A stretch of 64,000 nucleotides of DNA, taken from contig OZ241828.1 in NCBI GenBank assembly GCA_965202585.1, positions 76,198,001-76,262,000 on the forward strand, read 5' to 3'. Below the pieces are notes generated by a model. That model was not told where the DNA came from. It saw nothing but the letters and a program-made list of their open reading frames with translations, and ran no database searches. Numbering within the stretch: position 1 is the first letter of the stretch; the number at the start of each line of letters is the position of its first letter. A program made the position numbers and the translations under genes. The stretch is from Thalia democratica. Lineage: Eukaryota. This document shows, piece by piece, positions 1-12,800 of the stretch.

Positions 1-2082
1 GAAAACTGTAACTAATTTAGATTTTAAGAGATTTCATGTCTACAAAAGTTTTGATATTTTCTTAACCTATAGGATTTCTTAGTCTTTAGTCGAAGTAAAA
101 ACTAAATATATTTCAATTGGTAAAAAGTATCTTAGATGCAATTTTATGTTCTTGGTAGTCTGTTAAAGTTCTTAATTTAATCTTTAAAACATTTTAGAAA
201 ACTAAAGTTTGTGTTAAACTACTGACCTACACTAAAAACTTCTATTCAAAAAGTATCAGTTTTGTAACAGTAAAAAATGCAACACTGTAAATCTTATAAC
301 CTCGTGCTAGTATCACAACCTAATAAACTTATATAAAGACAACTTAAAATAAGTTAAATTTGAAAACACTATTAGTTTAAGGGTGCAATATCTTTTATGT
401 GATGACAGAACTCATTCACTCACGATGAAAGCTTCGCTTCAACACTTGTAAAAACGTCTACACATTAAATATATGAACAAAACAGCTGCCAATATTAAAT
501 AATAAAGGAGTCGTTTGTAGGATAGGAAGTTATTGATTGTAAAAAGTTGTAGTAGTAAACTCAAGTTAAATCCGTGAACTACATTTTCCCATACTTGACA
601 AAAATTATTTGAGGACTAAGAACAACATGGTAGCTGTATATTGTAACCTGTACATTATGAACTTTATACTTATTACGAACATAGCCCAGGTGTCTTTAAC
701 AAACGGTTTTAGTTTCACTTATAGTAATTTTTTAAACTAGCTAGAGATTATAAACTTTACTTACTTTCTGTCATTAATAGTCTACAATCAAAACAGTCTG
801 GCGTGCAAGCTTTATTGCAAACTTGAGATTAGTGTGCTTTTTATTTAAAAAAAGGTAAAAAATCCAAATTTAAAGTTTTGTACGAAGCTTATCCACCGAT
901 TCGAATCTTAAAACTTTTGACATAAAAACGATTAATATTAGATAGCTTTATGTTTCTTTGAAAATATAATATTTTAGAAACTATTTTAATCTCATTTTAA
1001 TCGTACTCTTGTTTATTTTTAGATTGAAGTAATTATCTTACTTGTATTATTTACTTCCATTGTAATTGTTACATATTTATGTTAGTTATATACTTATTAT
1101 AAAGTTTGTGTCAGTTTTATTGATAAAAAACAACAAATAAATAAAAACACAGTTGCAATCTCATAAACGTTAAAAACAAATAATAAAAAACAAAATATAA
1201 AACAAATCATAAAAAATATCGACATTCATACAATTAAACAATTTTTTATTTAAAAGTTCAACAATTTAAGGCTTTAAGAGTAAAAAAATCCATGTAATAA
1301 ACACATTAAAGTATTATATGAACCGTTTATTTAAATTTCATCCATTTAGTTTTCCACAACAGCAGTTGTTTAAGCACCATGAAAATATAACAAAAGCCAG
1401 GAATGTTTTATCCTTCAATGTTAAAAAAAGTTATTTCATGGAAATAATAAAAAAAATATGATAAAAAAAATATATTATACCAGGCACATGACAGTTCTGT
1501 ACCAAAGCCTAGGCAGTACAAGTTAGCTTCGAGTTCAAAATTTATTGCTACCGTCGTGTATTTTGAACAATATAGTAAAAACAAATATAATATAAAAACG
1601 TACCAAGGTAATTAAATAGCGGAAATCTAACTTTAAACCTCTAAGTTCTCAATTTTTGGTTTTAGAAATAAAAAGAAATTGACACGAGAAGCTATTTGTT
1701 TGGAACATTTTACATCAAAAAACTAATCCTGTTAAAAACAGCCATTGTAAAAGTCACAAGCTTTTTTGAAACGCAAAACCAAAAACCTCTAATAGAGAAC
1801 CCGTGACTGATTTAATACCAAAACAACTTAATATTGTATTTCATTTAAAATTGGGGTGGCTCAGGTAACTCGGCGTTTAAACAAAAAGAGGTAGCGAACA
1901 TGTTAGCGGGGCTGTTACGTAAAAAACCCAATTTAATCATTGAGGCTTATCAAGATTTCACCGGCGCTGAACCACGCAACTTAAAGTCCTGTACAACAAG
2001 GCTTACGTTCCCTCTTTATTACCTCTTCTACCTCTTTTAATATGGCCTGCATCACACCAAGTACTTGTTGTTCAAATTTTTA

Positions 2083-2353
2083 TTAGCAAACTTCCAGCAT
2101 CTGCGTCTCGCACTCTACGACGAACTGGGGCACCACGGAGCACATGTCCAACCTTTCGTTCCTGCTGCTCTTCGCGCGCAAGCTCTCGCTGCACGCCTCC
2201 CACGACTTGACCTCGGAACTGGTTGCGGAACTGGTGCTTTCCCCCGACGAGATCTTAACCTCGTACTCGGAGGTGCTGCTGCTGGTGGAGTAGAGGGAGG
2301 TGCGGTTTGATGAGGAGGCGTCGGAGCTGTCCAACAGTTTCGGCCTGAATCCG
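2083..2353 (-). CDS. Gene 1 terminal coding exon: Ser-rich tail of a two-TM membrane protein (GFRPKLLDSSDASSSNRT...CETQMLEVC*)
   Basis: GC-rich island; branch-point-like CTAAC plus acceptor ttcaacag|C at 2353; phase 2 joins exon 5361-5532 (AG+C=Ser); TAA at 2083-2085. Confidence 0.88.
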
Positions 2354-2399
2354 CTGTTGAATGATATAAAGGTTAGTATTTTGTTACGATATATAAAAA

Positions 2400-2720
2400 C
2401 TTACTTAGATACTAGTATAAATACTACACTTAATTAAAAAAAAATTAAAAAATTGGGAGAAAAAAATGAAGCTGCATTTATCAGAAACTTGAGATTTAAG
2501 TAAGGTGTATTATAACAATTTTGATGTTCAAAATATAATGATATTCCGCTGTTGAATGACATTTTGTTACATGATGTAAAAATTACACATGAAATTAAAT
2601 ATTCGATTTATTGAAGATGTAAGACATCGCAAATAGTTTGGAAATTTAAATAAAAAAAAATGAAGTTGCATTAAACAGAAAATCAAAATTCAGTAATTGT
2701 AACTTTTAAAAGTTTTTCAT
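2400..2720 (-). repeat. Degenerate tandem duplicate (offset 195 bp) of the gene 1 last-exon acceptor junction
   Basis: ccgctgttgaatga at 2351 and again at 2546; downstream aaatgaag(c/t)tgcatt block also repeated. Confidence 0.7.
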
Positions 2721-4934
2721 ATTTATAAATACCATTAAAAAAATGTTATTTTAAATTAATTTACTTTAACAACAACTTTTTTATTTATTTAACAACTAAT
2801 ATTTAATTATAATAATAGACTAAGTAGTTTATTTACCAATATACTACACTAAGTATTAAATTTTTTTTAAACAAGTAAAATACTATTAAAAGCTCAAACA
2901 AAAATTAATGTGTGTTGTTTTATTTAATTGTGTAATTGAGTTTAAAAATAGTTTTAGGTTAATTTATTGTTTATTTAAATATGATAAACATTTTAATTTA
3001 TTTTCTTTTTGAGCATGTAAAAATGTAATACATAACAAACAACAATAAACATTAACAAAAAACTTTAACACACTTAACATGAAACTGATTTATTTATTAC
3101 TTTCAGCCACTTCTGTTGATAATTTAAGTTACAATCAATCTCTACAAATTACATGTTACTTTATTACTAAATGATTTTGAAAGTTCATACAAATTAACTT
3201 TTAGAATAATTAATCTATAACTAACTTAACATTATGATGTGACAATAATTGTTTCAACACTATTATGATTAGTTTTCTTATAAATAAAAAATACGTTTTT
3301 ATACTATAATGTTACAAGTATTTCTACTAAGCTATAAATTTTCAAGTCTATAGAAAACATAGTGATTTAATTTTATATTCTGATAACTAAACACTTTATA
3401 ACTGTCATACGCAATGTTACAGACGATTGCAGCTACTTTCATTGCAACAACATCAATCTGCATTTCTGAGGAGCAACCAAGCAAATAAATGAAAGTCTGC
3501 TATACTTACTTAAAACATTAAACTTTGCTCGTAAATACACCCCTAAAATTTATCTTTTTTTTGTTTCATGGTTTTCTACAATTCAATACTTTACTAACAA
3601 TACTGTTTTTAATACTCAAAAGTTTTAAACTTTAATACTTTTTGCATGTCTAAAAAATTTTATTTACATTTTTAATCAATAACAAAATTATAAAAAAGTT
3701 ATTTAAAATTAATACATTGTCATTAAATATGTTTTGTGAAGCATTACGTAATTGTAAATATGTAACCTGTAGCTTTTTCAAGGTCTCTAAAAAAGAAATT
3801 TGCGTCTTTGAAAAAGTAAAGCTCCATGTTTGTTTACAAGAAGTGGTTGTTTAGGAGATATTTTCAAAACAAATTATAAATAAGTTTCTCATGTCGTTAA
3901 CGTACATGTGTGCAGAAGTTCTTCACGAAGTACGTTTTCGAGTGTTCATTTAGACAATGGTAATTTTTATTTCTATGACTTCAATAAAATCATACAAATA
4001 CAATTAGTTTATGCTGTGTTGGTTTACATTGATAGGTGAAAAATGAGTTTTGAAAAAATAAAACCGTTATTTAAAACTTTTTCGTGTGTGAGTGTTTCAA
4101 AAACTTATTTAAAGTTTTATCTTAAAAGTCATGTATAAATATGAAACACACTCAAGCTACTTTCAAAAGCTTCTTATCTTGAGTAGTTATTTCGATTGTG
4201 TAGGAGAAAGCTTAACTACTTAGTATAAACTAATTTCTAAATTTTATTTTTACTTGAGTAAGAGGAAACCAGGAAACTAATTCTATGAGGAAACTTCAAT
4301 GGTAAAGGAGAAAATTGAATCTATTTTACTATAAATTATTGCAGCATATATTAATTATCATAAATTTATCACTTCTTGAAATAAAAACCACACTAAAATT
4401 AGTTCCATGAATATTTTTTTTTTTTGAGTAGAAAGTTTGAAAAAATTAATTTGAATTTCTAAGTATTGAAAAACTTCTCTACTAATGAAACTTAAATTTT
4501 AAAATGAAAACAATACAAACTTCGAATAACAGATGGTTTGTTACTCATGACACTACTTATGTTACTTATGTACCAAAAACAAGTTTTATTAGGTTTGAAT
4601 TGTTATTTTAGCTAAAAAATATACAAAACGTGATACATTTAAAACTGAAAAAAAAAAGAACACAAAACCTTGGATATTTGTAGAGCTATACTCACGAAAT
4701 TAGTTATATTTAAGTCAACAAAAGAAGTTTAAAGTTACATTTTTAATAAATCAAACAATTCTTATAGATACATTATATGCGTACCTCAAGTATCAGATGG
4801 TGTTTTTAGATCCTCAAGTAACAAAAACCCACTGGATTAAAAGTCTAATTGTAAAATTCAATAGTACAGGCATTAAATACCAGATAGTGAATTAATTCAC
4901 ATTATTGCTTATTGAAAACAATTTTTTGAACTAA

Positions 4935-5260
4935 TCATATGATGAAACTATAAACAAGAAATGCAAACCTCGAGTACTGAAAACCTACTGTATAAAAATT
5001 CTAACTATAAAGTTTAATACTACAGACCTTAAATATTGGTTAGTGATAAACTCATGTACCTACTTATACAAAACAACTTTTTTTAAACTAATCATACAAA
5101 GAAGCATCAAACAACTAAATGTTTCTAAAAAATTAAATAATAATACTACTTTGAGAATCGTATTGTGCTATACAAATGAAAACTACTTATCTAAAACAAA
5201 TAAGTTTATAACAACTAAAAAGCCACGAACCTCGAGTACTGAATGGTAATATTTTATAAG
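4935..5260 (-). repeat. Two intronic echo copies of the gene 1 exon-2 donor junction
   Basis: aacctcgagtactgaa at about 4966, 5228 and at the real junction 5358. Confidence 0.7.
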
Positions 5261-5360
5261 TACTAATAATAACAATCTAATACAATAAAATAAATTCACA
5301 TAACTACTTACTCAAAATTTTTTATCTGAACTATTCATATAATTAAAGTATAAAACGAAC

Positions 5361-5532
5361 CTCGAGTACTGAATGGTGCTCTTCTTGTATTCCACCATGC
5401 CCTTCTCGTCCGTAATGGTCTCAATCTCGCACTGGCACGTGTACCACACCACCAGGATGGCTACGCCCAGTATCAGCCCGATCACGCCAAAGTACCGGAG
5501 AAAGTCCAAGCTGTTGGTCTCCTGGACTGTGG
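5361..5532 (-). CDS. Gene 1 internal coding exon with TM helix (TVQETNSLDFLRYFGVIGLILGVAILVVWYTCQCEIETITDEKGMVEYKKSTIQYS)
   Basis: Acceptor caccacag|CC, donor AG|gttcgt; 172 nt, phase 1 to 2, matches both neighbouring exons; GC-rich codons. Confidence 0.9.
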
Positions 5533-7456
5533 CTGTGGTGAATTATTAATAATTTAGTTGGTTGTTTGTAACAAGTTTCAAATATTGTTGTTCTTGCAGT
5601 TAAAAACATTAAGAAATTAAGTTGGTGTGGATAATGATGAGCTGCAGAAAATATTGTTGTTTTGCAGGTGTAACAATTTGGATTAAAATTAAAAGAGTGG
5701 GAAGTCTTATTTAACCTATTATTATTTGAAAAAAAAAGTTGTTAAATGAAAAAAAATTTAAAATGTTTATTTGAAATAGAGTCATAATAATTTGAAAAAA
5801 AACATACAAGTGGATGACAGTTGTATACCAAACATTTAAAAAAAAGGACTTTAAACAACTAATTGTTGTGAGTAATAATTATATTAACATTGTGGGAACT
5901 TTATTTTGAAATACAATTGAACTAAATATAACAATAAAATGTAAACATTTATGTTTACTGTTTATTTTCAAAATCAAAACTGTTTAAAAACAAATAAATA
6001 AATTCAATATACTTTTTAAAAGGTTGAGTTGAATTTCATAAAAAAATAAAACCGGTTTTGTCTATTACAAATTAAACACAGTTATCTTATACCAAAAAAT
6101 ATATGTCAGCAAAAATACTAATAAAAATAAATGATTTTGTTTAGGTATAAAATTAACAAAATATGATTATACTACATTTCTTAAATAGCAACACTGAGTA
6201 ATTTATTTTCTTTGTACATAACTTGCTCATTTAGGTATAAAATAAGTTTCACTTTATAAATGTGTTACATAACACAATAAACATTTTCAAAAAATAGCAC
6301 TTTTAAGTTCAAAGCCAGTTTAAAAAAGCGTCAGAAATTTTAATGCCACTCAAGTACTTACAATAGTCATTGTAGTATTTTTGATCTATAAATATTTATA
6401 AACTGTCATGAGGGTTGATTTTGAGCTATAATAACCTTTTAAATCTGCTTTTACATATAATACACATAAAAATGCTTTCATTTTGATTACATAAAAAACC
6501 ACCTACTAATGTACAAGGGGTTTATTGTCTGGTTTTTGGCTTTTACAGAAGACTAAATTACCACAGTAATTATGGACCACTAAGATACTGAAATACACAT
6601 AAAGTCTTATTTATTCCAATTACATTTAAATTATAGAAAACTAAAAAAAAAACTATTTTTTAGTTGTGTACTTTTCAAAAATTGATTTAACTTCATACTG
6701 ACTAGGTACTTATGCGTAAGAAAATATTTGAATAAAGAGCAAAAAAGTTTTAATTTAACAAAATTTAAATTGGTTTTAAACAATAGTGTTTTTGGCATTA
6801 ACAATTAGTAAATATTTTTAGGAATGCAAGTTTTTTCACTAGTATTTATCTAAGCGTTTTAAAATGGGTGTAAATGAGTTTGAAATTTTTGTGTGTGCAG
6901 TGCAACCAAATACTATATGCAGAAAAAACAAAATATTTGCAACTGAATTCCATTATATAATTTGAAACAAAAGCATTTAGTTTCTAGCAAAATAGTTAAA
7001 ATTACCTGAAAGCCTACTATAAAATTTTAATTTCAATTTTATTACTTTAAGTTGAAAAAAAATTGTTTTATAATGTTGGGTTGTAAAAAAGAATAAATTT
7101 TAAGAATAAAACTTAATATAAGAAAAATAACTTTTTTTTTATAAGCATTGGGTTAATAACTGTAATACATGTAATAAATAATCAATATATTATTTTTAAA
7201 TTTAAACAAACTTCAAATGTAATCAAAAACTTATTTTTTAATACATTCATATACATTTGATTTTTCTGGTTTTAATTCAAGTTTACATTTGTTTCAAATC
7301 TTTTTTCCAAAAGGAAATTGTTTTTGTACAACACTTTAAAAGAAAGAGGAATAAACTGAAATTAACATCTATAATAAAAGAAAAAATTCATGTTATTTGA
7401 AGTATTTTACAACTTTTACACTTTTATGCATAATTATAGTGGTAATTCAAACTTAC

Positions 7457-7513
7457 AAAACACCACCATGGCATGAACAAGAAAGAAGACAACAGCATAT
7501 ATTATTATATATA
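7457..7513 (-). CDS. Putative 57-nt cassette microexon (VYIIIYAVVFFLVHAMVVF)
   Basis: ttttatag| acceptor, |gtaagt consensus donor, phase 1 to 1, open frame; duplicate of exon-1 3' end. Confidence 0.5.
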
Positions 7514-7587
7514 CTATAAAACATTTATAACAAAACAGTTAACAATTTATAATAACACATATACAACTTCAATTAAAACAAACATAC

Positions 7588-7644
7588 CAAACACAACCAT
7601 GGCACGTCCAAGAAAGAAGACAACAGCATATATTATTATATACA
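7588..7644 (-). CDS. Putative 57-nt cassette microexon (VYIIIYAVVFFLGRAMVVF)
   Basis: ttttatag| acceptor, |gtatgt donor, phase 1 to 1; flanking introns 70 and 74 nt. Confidence 0.5.
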
Positions 7645-7714
7645 CTATAAAATATTTATAACAAAACAATTAAGAGATTATAATAATATATATATACAAC
7701 TTCAACAAACATAC

Positions 7715-7814
7715 CAAACACAACCATGGCAAGACCAAGTAGGAAGACAACAGCAGCCACAATGGTCATCCACATGCACCTGTTGTACCTCTTGATTTCT
7801 CTCTTCACTGGCAT
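7715..7814 (-). CDS. Gene 1 first coding exon (MPVKREIKRYNRCMWMTIVAAVVFLLGLAMVVF); spliced product about 180 aa, two TM helices, family unknown
   Basis: Acceptor tattcag| at 7826, CAAAATG start context, donor G|gtatgt, phase 1 matches exon 5361-5532. Frame is open back to the acceptor, so an upstream coding exon is not excluded. Confidence 0.82.
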
Positions 7815-9817
7815 TTTGGATGATGTCTGAATATTGTTATAAACAATCTATTGAACATATTCACTTATGATAAACTTTTGTTGCAGAACAGAAAATACAA
7901 AAAGTTTGAAATGGTTAAACAAAACATTATTTGAATAGAATCAAAAGATAAACATTTCATCTGTTGATTTCTCTATTTAACTTGGGAATTGGAATATAAT
8001 TATATATATATATGTATATATTATATAAATTATATGTACATATAATCTACTGGAAACATATAGTTTGGTACTCATAAAAAAATTTTATTGCAGAAAAATG
8101 AAGTTAAAAATTTGACTTTTAAAATGGAACAAAACCTTTTTCTGAAAAAACTAACTGGATAAAAAAATAAAATGTATTCAAAATAAATGTGTGTTTTGAA
8201 TAAAAAATAAATAAACACAATATTTTAACTTAATTTTTTGAACAAATAATTTTAGCTTAAAAACATGTATGGCCTGATTTGTGCATGACTTTAACTATTA
8301 TTAATCTTATTGCTTTATTTGTTTATTTAATTGATTCATATTTGTTTAAGTCTACTGTATTAGTTAGAAACTACAATGTTGAAGATAAAGTTTAAAAATT
8401 TATTTGCATTTATCACAAGAACCCTACAACAAAACAATATTAGCACTAAACAACTTAACAAAAATTACAACAAAATTTTCAAGTCAGCTTACAGTTTGAT
8501 TTGTTTAGTTTAACTAATTAGTTTATGCTAAATACTAATTAAAAAAAAACTTTCCAAGCTAATTTAATAAATCTTATTTTTAACTATTTTTTATTAGAAA
8601 TCTAATTATAAATGATTATGTGATAACATTGGAATAAAACCAATAGTGCTTAGCTTAATAAAAGCTATTTACTAATTTAAGTCCATAAGCTTACAAAAAT
8701 TAAAAACTTTACAATTTAAAAAAAAACTATACTTAATTTTACAAAATTAAAACATACAACTTATCATACAAATACATTTAAAAATTAACCTACCTTAAAC
8801 TTTTTTAAATTTAAAAAAATAATCTTTGAAAACTTGTTATATTTAGTATAAAACAGATATTGTTTAGCAAACTAATAACAAAAAGTATTAATGTTATCTC
8901 AAAGGTTTACAATAATTCTATATTCAATGTTTTTAGATTAACAGGTACAACAAACTCCAGTGCATTATCGCGGAAAAACTTTATGAGAGATTTGCATACA
9001 AAAAAGCTTAGTTGGATTAAATGCCAGGAATTTTGAATGCTGTTGAGCATGCTCAAGCGAATAAACGATTAAATATTTACCTGAGCTACAAGCTACCTGA
9101 AGCAACTAACAAGTAGCCAGTTTAAACCTTCATTTATTGTTATACTGATTAGTAGAAGCTTCAAGTAATTTTTTATAGGAAAAAACTTGTTTTGACACCA
9201 AGAGAATTTAAAAAAAAAAGCTTAAAAGTTTTATAACCTTAAACATTGGATCTAACCTAATCCTTAAATTTAAAAAAAGTTTTCAATATTTTTCAACTTT
9301 TTTTTCTGTTGCACCTGCTATGAACAGTAGCTGGTTCAACTGACTATAAACAAATGACAAAACTAAAACACTTAGCACATCTACTAATGCATCACGCCAT
9401 ATCATAAACTCGCGCTGTGCGCTCAACCGTAAAAGAGAGGTTACTGTAGCGCAGTTTGATATTTCTAGAAATTCTACTACGCGAGGTTACTGTAGGTCAT
9501 TCTTGTAAGGTTCGAGTTTAAAAAGTTCGGTGATGCTTTTTAAACGTGTCCTTCAAAAGTTTGTTTAAAATCTTGACATAAATAAAAAACACGGTAACAG
9601 TATGATTTTCTAACTATATTTCTTTATATTTATTGGTATAAGCTTTTTTTATTAAACAGCTTTAATAAATTGACTCTATACTTCACTTTACTAAAACTAC
9701 AAATAATTATGAAACTAGTTTACCACTTAAATAAACGCAAAATAACTACTGATATTCTTTGATTAAAAAAGTTAAAAAAATTAACTTAAGAAATGTATTT
9801 TTTTACTTATCTACATG

Positions 9818-9854
9818 CTACAAGTAACCACCACTCTACCAACTGAGCTATCGA
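9818..9854 (-). pseudogene. 5' half of a tRNA-Tyr-like sequence (truncated pseudogene or SINE head)
   Basis: TCGATAGCTCAGTTGGTAGAGTGGTGGTTACTTGTAG resembles eukaryotic tRNA-Tyr 5' end (TCGATAGCTCAGTTGGTAGAGCGGAGGACTGTAG); no T-arm/B-box follows. Confidence 0.55.
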
Positions 9855-12800
9855 TAGTAGTTGGAAGTTTTACGTAAACGATTCTATTACGAAAGGTTAC
9901 TGTAGATCATTTCAAACTAATAGACAACCTTGTTTTTTTATATGAACGTGTCCTTAAGTCATTGTTACAACTGAAACAACGAAATAAAATTAATAATATG
10001 TTATAATTGTTCTTAAGCGCTTTTAAAGTTTTAATTACTTTTAAAACCATGTCAAGTATAATGAAACAGCTTAAAGCTTATTTTTAGCCTAACAAAACAA
10101 AACTAATTAAACTATACATGGAAAAAAAACTTATAACAAAAAAAACAACTTGAAATAAAAGTTTTTGTAATGATCCAAAAAAATCACATATGAAACATTT
10201 TATTCATGTATTCGGTTAATAACAACCACGATTTTAAATATTTAAATTTAAAAAAATCTAATAATAGCAAAACTTACCTTTTTCTTATTTCATTTGTTTT
10301 ATTTAAAGTGTAATAGACAACCTTGCTTTTTTGAAAGACAAAACAATATTATAAATAACACATACGTAGTCTTTAAAAATACATATTTCCATGAGATTAG
10401 TTAAGTGGTCTTAAGTACTTGAAAATTATAGTTTACTAAGTTAAGCATTTGTTATTTAATAACATAACTAGAAGAAACGTCTTTAATTTAACTGACTTTG
10501 CTTTATTTTTCACCCAAGTTTAAACATATAGTCAATGAAAAAAATATTATAGCAACATAAGCATTAAAGTTAAAAAAATTACACATATTTATTAAATAAA
10601 CTAAAAATAGTTAAAATTTTTTGGCTAAATAAAAAGATAACTGTTTGAAATCTGTACGCAGATGCTAAAGTAAATTGCTCAAACTCGAAAATAGCGCACG
10701 GAAACCATCTGGTTCAACGTTTAAACAAAATTTCCCGCGCTCAAAGTAAACTCGTTCGAATCTGTTAAAGCCGCCTGCTCTGTCTGTAGCAGTGTTTTAT
10801 TTCTAAGCAAAGCTAAGAAAAATTTATTTCCTTTTATTAAGTTGAAACTTTTTTTCTACTCGTTACATAAAAATCTATTCATAAATTAGAAAAAAATAAC
10901 ACGCTCAAGCTAAGCATGTTTTAAACGTTTAATTGAATGACTGCTAATTTATTAAAACTCGAATAAATGTATTTTACATCCTTTTATCGATTGGAAAAAG
11001 TTATAAATTACTATTTAACGACATTTATTAACTTAAAACTAAGTAAGCATGCGCTTAAGTTGATACAAAACTTGCGCTCTATGAACATTGATTTTTTAAA
11101 CGTCTATTTTTTAAACTCAAGGTTGGAAAATACTTGTGTTTGATACTTTTTAATTTACAAAATGCTACTAGTTTTAAAGTTTTAAACTTTCTAACTTGTT
11201 GAAATTGCAAGGCTTGTACTTAACTAAAAAACAATTTTGTTGTTTTATGCAACATAAGTTATATAAACATTTCAAAACTAATTTTCAAATACCTTTTAAA
11301 AACTTGAAAAATAACTCTATAGCTTTCGAAAATTAAAAAAATGTAAACGTTCTAACGAACCGACAGTTTGCAATCACTCATAAACATTACATCAGCTTGT
11401 AAAATATTTCTCTCGAAAAACAAATTTTAGCGCTTTTTTCATGGTACCATAATAGCGTTGACAACTTGCTTCTAGCTAAAATTAAGCTTTTCGTTTTGGT
11501 ATTTTTCCAACAAACCAATTGTAAATATAAAATAAAGCGTTTATGTTTTGTTCATAAACATATTAATGACAAAAACTTTGGTCATAAAAACTCTTTTACG
11601 TTTAGAGCATTAAAGAAATTAAAAATTACTTTTTTATAGCTACTGATCAAAGTATTGTCGTTTATAAATAAACTGATACAATATAAAACGTTATACTCAT
11701 AGGTTTAGCCTTCATAAAAAGTTTTATTTTTCATGTGATCATTAATATCTTATAACCATCACAGATATTGTAAAAAAGTTTTATAATATATTTTAATTAC
11801 AAAGATTTAAAAAGCTTTGTATCTCATTGAATTTATTTGATAAATTGCTTATTTAAATGTACAGCGCATACGTTAACAAAACTGCATAAAAAAACCTAGC
11901 AACGGGAGTGTATCGGATCTTAAAAAATTTCAACAGTTTAATAAGATACAATATAAATTTTTGCACAATAAAACGCGCACCTTCGTTTATAATTTCACGT
12001 AAAAAGCTGTCAATTACTACGAAAGGTTACTATGGGATGCTTTGAGTCTTACGTTTCCTTCTTTTCTAGAGAGCAGATAATTATTTTCAACAATAAAAAA
12101 CTTTATTAAATCAAACACTTTGAACTGATCATAAAGATTAAAATACTTTTTTTTTCTTTTGTTTTTATATAAAAGAACATAATTAAAAACATTGATTGTA
12201 TATTCGCGTATTTTTCTAACGGAAAAAGAAATTGAACTTAATACGACATTTAATTTCAAATATATTTAAGTATTTAAACACTAGTTATCTTACTTTTGTT
12301 TTATGTTTTATACAAATTTAGAATACTGGTGACATTTTGATATGAAACTAAACAAAAGCCTAAATTAAACACTATCCATTAACATTTTAAACTAGGGGTG
12401 GAAAATGAAATCTCTGCGACGTATTTTTATTATTATGAAACTTGTGCAAATCGAAAAAATGAGCTATTTAGTCAAATACTTTTAAAAAATATCTAAATTT
12501 AAAATTATTACTAAGAAATGCTCATTAAATAAATCAGTATTTAATCAATAGTTTGTTTTAAAAGAGTTTTCTTTCTAATTTTGCTTACCAAGTTTTTAAA
12601 AAACTGATCATCCGCTTAAACTTATTTTTTAAAGTCCAGGCCGCAAAATATTGTTTATGGTAAACGTAATTAGTAGACTAGAAAATAATTAAAACCCGTG
12701 TTATATACAAACGGTTATTTATTGAAACTTATGTTTAAAAAAATATATAACAATAACTTGTTAACTTATAACTCTAAACTTTGTTACAAGAGCGTTCAAA

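Noticed and set aside
2065-2310. Plus-strand 81-aa ORF
   Set aside because: Antisense shadow of gene 1 exon 3
9079-9096. Possible 16-nt 5'UTR microexon of gene 1 (ttcag|GTAGCTTGTAGCTCAG|gtaaat)
   Set aside because: Splice-like sites alone are common; no independent support
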